Assembly (NCBI GenBank): GCA_028877275.1
Contig: JAPPFP010000009.1
Span: 354,889-418,888 of the forward strand
Origin: Acidobacteriota bacterium
GTDB taxonomy: Bacteria > Acidobacteriota > Thermoanaerobaculia > Multivoradales > Multivoraceae
DNA: 64,000 nucleotides
Direction: 5' to 3'
Part shown: piece after piece, positions 1 to 9,002 of the stretch
Numbering within the stretch: position 1 is the first letter of the stretch
Layout of the letters: every line of letters begins with the position of its first letter
Notes under the pieces: model-generated
Database searches by the model: none
What the model saw: only the letters and a program-made list of their open reading frames with translations
Told to the model about the DNA's origin: nothing
Translations under genes and position numbers: made by a program

Positions 1-1129
1 GGCCGCTGCCCCCGGTCGACGACGAGGTCACGGCGGTCCACCGGCCTCGCCGTTCCGGCCTGATCGCCGCCCGGGCCAGGTCCTGCAGTTCCTCGAAGTA
101 GCTGCGGAACGTCTCCTGGGGCCTGGGCGAGCGCTCCGAGAGGGTGATCATCGTCATCACGATGTCGGCTTCCGGGTCGACGCCGATGTACTGGCCGTTG
201 TAGCCGTGGGCGAGGTAGCGCCCCCGTGGCCTTATCCACCACTGGTAGCCGTAGCTCGGCGCGCCCGCGATGTTCGCGGTCTGGTTGCGCGTGGACTCCG
301 CGATCCACTCGCGGGAGACGAGGCGCCGGCCTTCCCAAAGGCCTTCCTGCAGGGCGAGCTGGCCGATCTTCGCCATGTCGCGTGGCCGGATGCGGAGACC
401 GGTGCCGCCCCAGTGGCGGCCGCTGAGGTCCGGGTCCCAGGTCGCGCTATGGATACCCAGCGGTTCGAACAGGTGCCTCCTGACAAAGGCGAGGTGGGTC
501 TGCCCGGAAGCGCGGTTGTTCGCTTCGGCGATCACGTGGGAGAGGCCGCTCGAGTAGGCGAATTCGGCCCCAGGTTGCGCCACCACTTCGCGGGTCAGCA
601 CGTAGTCGACGCTGTCAGGGTTGTTCCAGAACGCCTGGTCGGTGTCGCTCCATGCCAGGCCAGCCGTCATCGTCAGGGCGTGGCGCAGCGTCAGCCGGTT
701 CTTTGGCGCCTCCGAGAGGCGGTGCGCGTAGTGCGGAATGAGATCCGCCAGCCTGGCGTCGACGGAGGGGATGAGGCCGCGGTCGAGCGCGATTCCCGTC
801 GCGAGCGAGGTCACGCTCTTGCTGACGGAGTGGACGTTCTTGAGTGTCGTGTTCGTGAAGCCGCCGAAGTAGGTCTCGGCGACCAGGGTTCCGTGGCGAA
901 CGATGACGATGCCGCGCACGTTCTGGAACTCGGGGCGGGAGGCGGCGCGGTCGAAGATGTCCTGGACGACTCCCTGATCCAGACCCTGGTGGTCCGGGAC
1001 GGAGCGGGCCCAGCCGTCGCCGATGTCGGGTGGCTGTGCCAGACCGGGCAGGGCCGCCAGGGCGAGGAGCGCAACGAAGGCCGCTGCTGCGCCTCCACCT
1101 GGATCAAGGTTCGACATGGGGTTCGACAT
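1..1129 (-). CDS. Serine hydrolase / beta-lactamase-family protein. N-terminus is at 1129; the C-terminal end runs off the left edge of the window.
   Basis: Minus-strand translation from ATG 1129..1127 gives MSNPMSNLDPGGGAAAAFVALLALAALPGLA (signal-like), then an S-x-x-K motif (HSVSKSVT) and an open, high-GC3 frame to position 1. The ORF track lists only the antisense frame 206..1225, which I reject. Confidence 0.7.
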   Translation of the reverse strand, partial: MSNPMSNLDPGGGAAAAFVALLALAALPGLAQPPDIGDGWARSVPDHQGLDQGVVQDIFDRAASRPEFQNVRGIVIVRHGTLVAETYFGGFTNTTLKNVHSVSKSVTSLATGIALDRGLIPSVDARLADLIPHYAHRLSEAPKNRLTLRHALTMTAGLAWSDTDQAFWNNPDSVDYVLTREVVAQPGAEFAYSSGLSHVIAEANNRASGQTHLAFVRRHLFEPLGIHSATWDPDLSGRHWGGTGLRIRPRDMAKIGQLALQEGLWEGRRLVSREWIAESTRNQTANIAGAPSYGYQWWIRPRGRYLAHGYNGQYIGVDPEADIVMTMITLSERSPRPQETFRSYFEELQDLARAAIRPERRGRWTAVTSSSTGGSG

Positions 1130-1221
1130 GAGCGCTATTCTTGGGCACTGAGCTTAGTCACAGGCGGAGCAAAGGGTCCGAATCGCCGGTCTGCGCGGAG
1201 CCGGCTGGAAGGAGTTCCACA

Positions 1222-2856
1222 ATGAACCGAAGAAAGTCTCTTGTCGCAGCCCTCATCGTAGTTCCGACGGTCTGGCTGGCGGCAGCGGGGTGTGCCGTCA
1301 GCGGTGGTTCGGAGGCGGAAGCCGCGACCGACGTGTCCGACTTCGACGCCTCGGTCGATGTCGGATCGATCCATTTTCCGACATCGGCGGGTGAGGAGGC
1401 GCAGAAGCACTTCATCCGCGGCGTCGCGATCCTTCACAGCTTCGGCTACGAGCAGGCCCGCGAGCAGTTCCACGCGGCGCAGGAACTGGAGCCCGAGTTT
1501 GCGCTCGCCTACTGGGGCGAGACCCTGACCTACAACCACCCGCTGCTGCCGGAGCGTGATCTCGAGTCACCCCGCGACGCCCTGGAGCGACTGGGCGCTA
1601 CGCGAGAGGAACGGGCGGCCAAGGCTGGTGACGAGCGTGAGCGCGGCTTCCTGGCCGCGGTCGAGGACCTGTTCGACGAGGGTGAGCTCGCCGAGCGCCG
1701 GATCGCCTACATGGAAGCGATGGAGCGGCTCTACGACAGGTACCCGGACGACGACGAGGTGGCCGCGTTCTACGCCCTGTCCCTGCTGCAGGCGGTGGGG
1801 CCGCTCGGCGACGACTCCTTCCGGCTGAACGTGCTGGCCGGATCGATCGCGCTCGGCGTCTTCGAGCGCAACCCGGTTCACCCGGGCGCGGCCCACTACA
1901 TCATCCACGCCTTCGACGACCCGGTGCACGCGCCGCTGGCGCTGCCGGCGGCCTATCGTTTCGCCGACATCGCGGCCGCCGTGTCCCACGCCCGGCACAT
2001 GCCGTCGCACATCTTCATCCAGCGCGGCATGTGGGATCGGGTGTCGCAGTCGAACGACTCGGCGTACGAGGCCGCGGTAGCGCTTTGGGATCCGGGCGAA
2101 CGCGTCGGCGACATGGTCCACTCCCTCGACTGGGGGCAGTACGGCGACCTGCAGCGCGGCGACTACGCCAAGGCCCGCGAGTGGATCGCGGAACTCGACG
2201 ACCTGGTGGAGCGCACCGGCGACGAGGGCCGCGGCAAGAGCACGGTGCCCCTGGTGCGCGCCCGCTACATCGTGGAGACGGAGGAGTGGGAGACGCGCGA
2301 GATCACGGACGACACGCCCAGTTCGGAGTTGCTGGCGACCGGGATTTCGGCGGTTCACACCGGCGAGCTCGACCTGGCCCGTGAAGCCGCCGCGCGGCTC
2401 AGGAAGGCGGGCGAGCGGCAGAGCGGCGACAGCTCGACGTTCCAGCGCGGTCCCAAGCCCGCCCAGGTCATGCACCACGAGGTCGCCGGCCTGGTCCGGC
2501 TCGCCGAGGGCGACGCCGACGGCGCTGTCGAGATGTTCGACAAGGGGCTGGCGATTGCTTCGACGATGGGGCCGCCGCGCGGCGCGGCGTCGCCGATCAA
2601 GCCGATCAGGGAACTCTACGGCGAGGTGCTGCTGCAGCTCGAGCGCCCGGAGGACGCGATCGCGCAGTTCGAAGACCAGTTGCTGTACACCCCCAACCGG
2701 CCTCGTACGCTGTTGGGGCTGGCCCGCGCGCAGTCCGCCGCGGGCAACAGGGCGGCCGCCTCCGAGGCATATCAGAGGCTGCTCGAGATGTGGTCAGGCA
2801 CGACCGAGCCGAAGGAGCTTGCCGAGGCGCGGGAGTTCGTCGCCGCCTCCGCGTGA
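1222..2856 (+). CDS. TPR-like helical-repeat lipoprotein, function unknown
   Basis: ATG at 1222 is preceded by GGAAGGAG. N-terminus MNRRKSLVAALIVVPTVWLAAAGC is a lipobox-type signal. Alpha-helical repeat composition. The ORF track start at 1141 is probably too far upstream. Confidence 0.6.
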   Translation: MNRRKSLVAALIVVPTVWLAAAGCAVSGGSEAEAATDVSDFDASVDVGSIHFPTSAGEEAQKHFIRGVAILHSFGYEQAREQFHAAQELEPEFALAYWGETLTYNHPLLPERDLESPRDALERLGATREERAAKAGDERERGFLAAVEDLFDEGELAERRIAYMEAMERLYDRYPDDDEVAAFYALSLLQAVGPLGDDSFRLNVLAGSIALGVFERNPVHPGAAHYIIHAFDDPVHAPLALPAAYRFADIAAAVSHARHMPSHIFIQRGMWDRVSQSNDSAYEAAVALWDPGERVGDMVHSLDWGQYGDLQRGDYAKAREWIAELDDLVERTGDEGRGKSTVPLVRARYIVETEEWETREITDDTPSSELLATGISAVHTGELDLAREAAARLRKAGERQSGDSSTFQRGPKPAQVMHHEVAGLVRLAEGDADGAVEMFDKGLAIASTMGPPRGAASPIKPIRELYGEVLLQLERPEDAIAQFEDQLLYTPNRPRTLLGLARAQSAAGNRAAASEAYQRLLEMWSGTTEPKELAEAREFVAASA

Positions 2857-2866
2857 GGTCGGCAGC

Positions 2867-3271
2867 TTGACCTTCGAGACCGGGTTCGAGACCAGACACA
2901 GCGACTGCTTCGCCGCCACCGGCTTCGTCCACGCCGGTGTGCTGCTGGCGCTGACCGAGATGGCCTACGCGCGGTTCGAGCAGCATTGCGGCATCGATGC
3001 CGGACTGAAGCCCGAGCACATCTACGCAGTGCAGCGGTCGACGACGGCGACCTACTACTCGCCGCTCCGTTGGCAGGAGGGGGCTCGCATACGGGTCCGC
3101 ACGACCGAAGCGAACGAGCGCGGGTTCGATCAGGACTTCGAGGTTCTCTCCGCCGCCGACGGTCGCGAGGTCGCCCGGTTCACCCACCGCTGGGTGTTGT
3201 TCGACACCCGGGCCGGACGCCCGGTGCCTCTGTCCGAGGACCTTCGGCAGCGGCTGCTGGCCCCGGATTGA
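2867..3271 (+). CDS. Hotdog-fold acyl-CoA thioesterase (4HBT/YbgC-like)
   Basis: In-frame TTG at 2867 just after the upstream stop. The C-terminal roughly 135 aa (FVHAGVLLALTEMAYARF...HRWVLFDTRAGRPVPL) looks hotdog-like. The ORF track N-terminal extension from 2381 overlaps the upstream gene and is rejected. Confidence 0.5.
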   Translation: MTFETGFETRHSDCFAATGFVHAGVLLALTEMAYARFEQHCGIDAGLKPEHIYAVQRSTTATYYSPLRWQEGARIRVRTTEANERGFDQDFEVLSAADGREVARFTHRWVLFDTRAGRPVPLSEDLRQRLLAPD

Positions 3272-3293
3272 GTACTGGCTGGAAGGAGTTGCC

Positions 3294-4943
3294 ATGAACC
3301 GTAGACCGCCTTGTGCTCTCGTGGCCGCGATCGTCGTGGCCGTAGCCGCCTGTGAGGTGTCGGGAGACCCCGGGGCTGAGGGTCCGGGCCTGGTCGTCGA
3401 GACCTCCTACGGGGCGGTCGAGGGCGCGGCCGTCGACGACGGCCGCGGCCCCGCCGGCGACGTGCTCGCCTTCCGCGGCATTCCCTACGCCGTACCGCCG
3501 GTGGGCGACCTGCGCTGGCGGCCTCCGCAGCCGCCGGCATCGTGGGAGGGCGTGCGGCCGGCGCTGGAGTCCGGTGCGCCGTGCTGGCAGCGGATCAGTC
3601 CGGACACGTCCATCTGGAGCCGCGGCGAGCTCGACCGCAGCGAGGACTGCCTCTATCTCGATCTGTGGACGGCGTCCGTCGGCGACGCCGATCCGCGGCC
3701 GGTCATGGTCTGGTTCCACGGCGGCAGCCACGAGGTGGGCCACGGTTCGTCGCTCATCTTCGACGGCGCGGCGCTTGCCCGCAAGGGCGTCGTCCTGGTG
3801 TCGATCAACTACCGGCTCGGGTCCTTCGGGTTCCTGGCACACGCCGGGCTGAGTGCCGAGTCGGAGCACGGGTCTTCCGGCAACTACGGCCTGCTCGACA
3901 AGATCGCCGCACTGCGATGGGTGCGGGACAACGCGGCGGCGTTCGGTGGCGACCCGGCGCGAGTGACCATCTTTGGCCAGTCGGCGGGCTCGATGAGCGT
4001 CTGCAGCCTGGTCGCGTCGCCGCTGGCGACCGGTCTGTTCCATCGCGCGATCGGTCAGTCCGCCGGTTGCTTCACTCCGCTCGAGGGCCTGGAGCAGGCG
4101 GAGCGGCGCGGTGTGCTGCTCGCCGACGAGCTGGGCGTCGCGGCGGATGCCGCCGCCGCTGAGATCGCCGCCGCGATGAGGGCCGCTTCGGCCGAGGACG
4201 TGCTGGGCGCCGCCGGCAGTTCCGGGTGGTCCGACGGTTCGAAGACGGTGGTCGACGGCTGGTACCTGCCGGACCAACCGTCGGCGATCTACGCCCGCGG
4301 CGAGCACAACCGTGTACCGATGATGGTGGGCTTCATGGGCGACGAGTCGCGCGCCCTGTTCGCGCCCGGTCCGCCGCTCGAACGCCCGGCGCTCGAACGG
4401 CAGTTGGAGGAGCAGTACGGGAAGGCGGCCGCCGGGCTCCTGGCCGCCTACGCCGCGGAGGCGGAGAAGGCGCCCGGGGCGGTGCCAAGCCTGATCTTCT
4501 CCGACACGATCTTCGGCTGGGGTAGCCGGACCTGGGTCCGCCACGTCGCGGCCGCCGGCGGCGACGCGTACCTCTACTACATCCCGCACGCGCCGCCCGT
4601 GTTCCGGCTCTACCTGCCGGACCGGCCGGACCTGGGCGGCGAGGGCGGTCCGCGCCGGATGGGCGCCTACCATTCCGGCGATCTGGCCTACGTCTTCGGC
4701 AACACCGATCTGGTGGGCATCGACTGGGAGGACTGGGACCACGAGATCGCCGACCTGCTGTCGAGCTACTGGACGAACTTTGCGAAGACCGGTGACCCGA
4801 ACGGCGAGGGGCTTCCGGAGTGGCCGAGATACCGGTCCGAAACCGATCTGGCGCTCGTTGTGCGCGACACGGTCGGTGTCGAGTCGGGTGTGCTGAGAGA
4901 GAAGCTCGACGCCCTGGACGGAGCGCTGGGCGGAGGCGGATAG
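3294..4943 (+). CDS. Type-B carboxylesterase/lipase (para-nitrobenzyl-esterase-like), lipoprotein
   Basis: GQSAGS nucleophile elbow, HGGS oxyanion-hole motif and RGIPYA... N-terminal block typical of the family. Lipobox AVAAC after MNRRPP. The same GCTGGAAGGAGTT leader as the gene at 1222. Confidence 0.85.
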   Translation: MNRRPPCALVAAIVVAVAACEVSGDPGAEGPGLVVETSYGAVEGAAVDDGRGPAGDVLAFRGIPYAVPPVGDLRWRPPQPPASWEGVRPALESGAPCWQRISPDTSIWSRGELDRSEDCLYLDLWTASVGDADPRPVMVWFHGGSHEVGHGSSLIFDGAALARKGVVLVSINYRLGSFGFLAHAGLSAESEHGSSGNYGLLDKIAALRWVRDNAAAFGGDPARVTIFGQSAGSMSVCSLVASPLATGLFHRAIGQSAGCFTPLEGLEQAERRGVLLADELGVAADAAAAEIAAAMRAASAEDVLGAAGSSGWSDGSKTVVDGWYLPDQPSAIYARGEHNRVPMMVGFMGDESRALFAPGPPLERPALERQLEEQYGKAAAGLLAAYAAEAEKAPGAVPSLIFSDTIFGWGSRTWVRHVAAAGGDAYLYYIPHAPPVFRLYLPDRPDLGGEGGPRRMGAYHSGDLAYVFGNTDLVGIDWEDWDHEIADLLSSYWTNFAKTGDPNGEGLPEWPRYRSETDLALVVRDTVGVESGVLREKLDALDGALGGGG

Positions 4944-4951
4944 CTCGTGCC

Positions 4952-6166
4952 ATGACCGCGATTGCCGAGCCACTGCCGGCGGAAGTCGACGATTTCCGGC
5001 AGCGGGCGCTGGAGTTCGCCGAGCGCGAGGTGCTACCGCGGCACGAGCGGCATGGCGCACTGCTCGACGATCCGCGTGAGCGCTACGACGCCGGCGGGCG
5101 ACTCCAACCGGCCGTCGTCGACCTCATCAGGGAAGTACGCACGGCGTCTGCCCGCGAAGGGATTTTCACCGCGTGCGTACCCGAGGAGCTCGGTGGCGGC
5201 GGCCACGGTCATCTGGCCTACTACGCCGGCTGGCAGGCGCTCTTTCACAGTCTGGGGCCGCGGCCGTGGCTTCTGTTGCACGTCCTGGCGCACTGGGCGT
5301 TCGGTCCCAGCCGGCTGCTGTCGCAGCTTTCCGAGCGGGCGCGCGAGCGCTTCCTGCCGGGGTTGATGGATGGCTCGAAGATCATGTGCTTCGGGCTCTC
5401 GGAGCCGGGTGCCGGCTCCGACCTCTCGGCGCTGGCGACGAGAGCGGAGCGGGATGGTGACGGCTGGCGGATCACCGGCCGGAAGATCTGGACCACGCAC
5501 GGACCCATCGCCGACTACTGCGTGCTCTTTGCGCGCACCGGCGAGCAGGGGATCACCGCCTTCATCGTTCCGACCGAGGCTGACGGCTTCCGGAGGATGC
5601 GCGTGGTCGAACTCTTCGGCGACATCGGCGGCGACGAGGCCGAGATCGCGCTGGAGGGCCTGTACGTAGAGCCCTGGCAGGTCATCGGCGAGGTCGACCG
5701 CGGTCTGGCCGCGGCGCTCTACGGTGTGTCGCTCGGCCGCGTCTACAACTCGGCGCGAGCGGTGGGGACCGGTCGTTGGGCGATCGAGACGGCGCTCGCC
5801 TACGCCCAGAAGCGTGAAGCCTTCGGCTCCCCGATCGCCGAGTACCAGGGAGTCAGCTTTCCCCTGGCCGAGTCCGCAACGGAACTCCATGCTGCCCACC
5901 TGATGGGGCGAAACGCTGCCCGGCTGCTCGATGGCGGCAGCCGCGCGATCAAGGAGCTGAGCATGACGAAGGCCTACTCGGTCCAGGTAGGGCTGCGGGC
6001 CGTCGACCGGGCGATGCAGACCCACGGCGCCCTTGGCTTCACGAACGACCTCGGTCTCACCGAGGCCTGGAAGGCGCTCCGGGTTGTCAACGTCGCCGAC
6101 GGCTCGAACGAGATCATGAACCGGATGATCGCCCGCCAGCTACTCCGGGGCGACACCGATCTCTGA
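4952..6166 (+). CDS. Acyl-CoA dehydrogenase family protein
   Basis: ACAD-like layout: N-terminal helical domain, middle block (GLSEPGAGSD) and C-terminal helical domain. ATG at 4952 lies 8 nt after the upstream stop. Confidence 0.8.
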   Translation: MTAIAEPLPAEVDDFRQRALEFAEREVLPRHERHGALLDDPRERYDAGGRLQPAVVDLIREVRTASAREGIFTACVPEELGGGGHGHLAYYAGWQALFHSLGPRPWLLLHVLAHWAFGPSRLLSQLSERARERFLPGLMDGSKIMCFGLSEPGAGSDLSALATRAERDGDGWRITGRKIWTTHGPIADYCVLFARTGEQGITAFIVPTEADGFRRMRVVELFGDIGGDEAEIALEGLYVEPWQVIGEVDRGLAAALYGVSLGRVYNSARAVGTGRWAIETALAYAQKREAFGSPIAEYQGVSFPLAESATELHAAHLMGRNAARLLDGGSRAIKELSMTKAYSVQVGLRAVDRAMQTHGALGFTNDLGLTEAWKALRVVNVADGSNEIMNRMIARQLLRGDTDL

Positions 6167-6176
6167 GGGTGCCTCC

Positions 6177-6716
6177 TCAGTACTTCCCCATCTCCAGCGT
6201 CCCGGACGCCAGCTCGTGGGTCTCCTCTCCCATGCGGTGGACCGCCTTGACGGTCAGGTAGTAGCTGTTGCCGCGGCCGCCTGAGCAAGGCGGCAGGTAG
6301 GCGCCGGCTTTGTCCCAGGTTGGCGCCTTGTGCTCTTCGACGACGAAGAAGCCGGCCGGCAGGTCGCTCGTGTGGCCGGGCACGGAACCGACGTCGATGC
6401 TCGTCGTCCCGGGCTCGACCTCCAGGCCGAACTTGCCGTGGCCGCCGTTGTCCATGGGCGGAAAGTCGCGGTCGCTGAACTCGATGATCAGCGCGTTCGC
6501 CTGCTCGGGAATGCCTGCGACGTGAAGGGCGGGAGACCCCGCCTCTCCTCCAAACTTCTGGCACTGGCTGCCCGCCGGTACGGCCTCACCGTTCCATGCC
6601 TCGTCGAGGAAGCGGACTTCGAGGTCTTCTGCCGAGAGCGCAGCGCCGGTGGTGGCGACAACGGTGATGACCAGTGTGGCGGCTGCGACGTGTACGGCGA
6701 CGGCTCGATGAGGCAT
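6177..6716 (-). CDS. YbhB/YbcL (PEBP) family secreted protein
   Basis: Start at MPHRAVAVHVAAATLVITVVATTGAALSAE (signal peptide). C-terminal block AYLPPCSGGRGNSYYLTVKAV resembles the PEBP G-P-x-P-P-x-G-x-H-R-Y motif region. The longer 261-aa ORF-track N-terminus is rejected. Confidence 0.55.
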   Translation of the reverse strand: MPHRAVAVHVAAATLVITVVATTGAALSAEDLEVRFLDEAWNGEAVPAGSQCQKFGGEAGSPALHVAGIPEQANALIIEFSDRDFPPMDNGGHGKFGLEVEPGTTSIDVGSVPGHTSDLPAGFFVVEEHKAPTWDKAGAYLPPCSGGRGNSYYLTVKAVHRMGEETHELASGTLEMGKY

Positions 6717-6765
6717 AGACTGCTCCTGCTTTGTACGTTGAACCTGTCCCGATCCGGGAGTCGAG

Positions 6766-8169
6766 ATGAGCCTACCCGCCGAAGCGACTTCGTTCGCCCC
6801 CTCCACGTCAGATCGCGACCATCTGTCCGTCCTGCATCCGACAACCGACCTGCCGGCGCTGCGGCGCGACGGTCCGCTGGTGATCGAACGGGGGCAGGGC
6901 ATCCGTGTCTGGGACGAGGACGGCAACGAGTACATCGAGGGGTTGGCGGGCCTCTGGTGCACCGCTCTGGGCTATGGCGTCGAGGAGCTCGCGGAAGCCG
7001 CCGCCGAGCAGATTCGGAAGCTCTCCTTCGCTCATCTCTTCGCGGGTCGCAGCCACGAACCGGCGGTCGCGCTGGCCGAGAAGCTGCGCGAGATCGCGCC
7101 GATTCCGAACGCGAAGGCGTTCTTCGGCACCTCCGGCTCCGACGCGAACGACACCCAGGTCAAGCTCGTCTGGTACTACAACAACGCGCTCGGCCGGCCG
7201 GAGAAGAAGAAGATCATCAGCCGCCGGCGGGGCTACCACGGGGTTTCCGTGGCCGCCGGCAGCATGACCGGGCTGCCGCCGTTCCACAAGAGTTTCGACC
7301 TGCCGCTGCCGCAGTTCCGCCATGTGACCTGCCCGCACTACTACCGCGAGGGTGAGCCGGGGGAGACGGAAGCGGAGTTCACGGCCCGGCTGGCGGCCGA
7401 ACTCGACGAGCTGATCCGCGCCGAGGGGCCCGAGACCGTCGCGGCCTTCATCGCCGAGCCGGTCCTGGGCGCCGGGGGCGTCGTCGTGCCGCCCGAGGGC
7501 TACTACCCGGCGATCCAGGCGGTCCTGGACGAGCACGATGTCCTGCTGATCGACGACGAGGTGATCTGCGGTTTCGGCCGGCTCGGCACGCCGTTCGGCG
7601 CCGAGGCGATGGAGATGAGGCCGGACACCGCCTCGGTCGCGAAAGCGCTGTCCTCCGCTTATCTGCCGATCAGCGCGGTGCTCGTGCCGGACGAGATGGT
7701 CGACGTCTTCGTCGAGGCCGGGGAGCGCTGGGGCGTGTTCGGTCACGGCTTCACCTACACCGGCCATCCCGTCTGTGCGGCCGTGGCGCTCAAGGCGCTC
7801 GAGCTGATGGAGGAGCGGAACCTCTTCGCTCACGCCGCCCGGGTCGGGCACTACTTTCAGGCCGGGCTGCGGCGCTTTGCTGATCATCCGCTGGTGGGGG
7901 AAACGCGGGGCAAGGGACTGCTCGGCGCCTGCGAGCTCGTGGCGGACAGGCAGAGCCGCGAGGCCTTTCCGATCCAGCGCGGAGTGGGGGCGTACTGCAT
8001 GCAACGCTGCCTGGACCACGGTCTGATCGTGCGGGCGCTGGGCGACACGGTGGCGTTCTGCCCGCCGTTGATCGTCACCGAGTCGGACGTCGACGAGATC
8101 CTGGAGCGCTTCGGTCGCGGCCTGAACGACACGCTTGCCTGGGTCGAGACCGGAGGCGCGGCGTCATGA
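6766..8169 (+). CDS. Class-III (omega) aminotransferase, PLP-dependent
   Basis: Family hallmarks: GLWCTALGYG, DEVICGFGRLG, TYTGHP. Confidence 0.85.
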   Translation: MSLPAEATSFAPSTSDRDHLSVLHPTTDLPALRRDGPLVIERGQGIRVWDEDGNEYIEGLAGLWCTALGYGVEELAEAAAEQIRKLSFAHLFAGRSHEPAVALAEKLREIAPIPNAKAFFGTSGSDANDTQVKLVWYYNNALGRPEKKKIISRRRGYHGVSVAAGSMTGLPPFHKSFDLPLPQFRHVTCPHYYREGEPGETEAEFTARLAAELDELIRAEGPETVAAFIAEPVLGAGGVVVPPEGYYPAIQAVLDEHDVLLIDDEVICGFGRLGTPFGAEAMEMRPDTASVAKALSSAYLPISAVLVPDEMVDVFVEAGERWGVFGHGFTYTGHPVCAAVALKALELMEERNLFAHAARVGHYFQAGLRRFADHPLVGETRGKGLLGACELVADRQSREAFPIQRGVGAYCMQRCLDHGLIVRALGDTVAFCPPLIVTESDVDEILERFGRGLNDTLAWVETGGAAS

Positions 8170-8945
8170 CGGAACTGAGCACGTTGAGCCGGTCGGTGGC
8201 GGGGAAGACGGCGCTGATCACGGGCTGCGCCTCGGGCATGGGCAGGGCGACCGCGATGCTGTTCGCGGCGGAGGGCGCCAACGTCGCCGCGACCGACATC
8301 AACGGCCCGGGCGTTGAAGCGGTGGTTGCCGGAATCCGCGAGGCTGGCCGGGAAGCCACCGCCTGGACCCTCGACGTGGGCGACGGCGATGCGATCGAAC
8401 GCGTCGTCGGCGAGGTGGCCGACCGTTACGGCTGCCTGGACATCCTGGTGAACAACGCCGGCATCTCGCGCGGCGGCCCGATCGACGCGGACGAGTACGA
8501 GGCGCGCTGGCAGGAGACGGTCAACGTGCTCCTGACCGCCCACCAGCGGACGATCCGGGCGGCGCTGCCCTATCTGCGCAAGTCGGACTCGCCGCGGATC
8601 GTCAACATCGCTTCGACCGAGGGGCTGGGAGCGACGGCCATGAACAGCGCCTACTCGGCCGCCAAGACGGGGGTGATCGGCTTGACCAGGGGGCTGGCGG
8701 TGGAGCTCGGCAAGGAGGGCATCACCGTGAACTGCATCTGCCCTGGCCCGATCCGCACCGCGATGACGGAGCGGATCCCCGAGGAGCACAAGCAGATCTA
8801 CGCCCGCCGCCGCACCGCGTTACGCCGCTACGGCGATCCCGAGGAGGTAGCCCACGGCACGCTGCACCTTTGCCTGCCGGCGTCGTCGTTCATCACCGGC
8901 GTGGCGCTGCCAGTCGACGGCGGATTGACCGTTCGCCGCGCCTGA
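8166..8945 (+). CDS. SDR family oxidoreductase
   Basis: TALITGCASGMGRA Rossmann motif, NNAG, YSAAK catalytic Tyr/Lys. Start overlaps the upstream stop (ATGA). Confidence 0.85.
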   Translation: MTELSTLSRSVAGKTALITGCASGMGRATAMLFAAEGANVAATDINGPGVEAVVAGIREAGREATAWTLDVGDGDAIERVVGEVADRYGCLDILVNNAGISRGGPIDADEYEARWQETVNVLLTAHQRTIRAALPYLRKSDSPRIVNIASTEGLGATAMNSAYSAAKTGVIGLTRGLAVELGKEGITVNCICPGPIRTAMTERIPEEHKQIYARRRTALRRYGDPEEVAHGTLHLCLPASSFITGVALPVDGGLTVRRA

Positions 8946-8951
8946 GTGTGA

Positions 8952-8973
8952 CCGTGGGTCTTCTGACCCACGG
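8952..8973. terminator. Candidate bidirectional terminator hairpin between convergent genes
   Basis: Perfect 9-bp inverted repeat CCGTGGGTC ttct GACCCACGG, 7 nt after the SDR stop and about 30 nt from the convergent sulfatase-like stop. No U-tract, which is common in high-GC taxa. Confidence 0.35.
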
Positions 8974-9002
8974 AAGACGACGCGCCGCGTAGCGGCGACG
9001 AT

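Noticed and set aside
206-1225. 339-aa plus-strand ORF at the window start
   Set aside because: Antisense to the beta-lactamase-family gene, whose minus-strand frame shows a signal peptide and an S-x-x-K motif.
3180-5060. 626-aa minus-strand ORF
   Set aside because: Antisense to the type-B carboxylesterase and acyl-CoA dehydrogenase genes. Arg-rich, no motifs.
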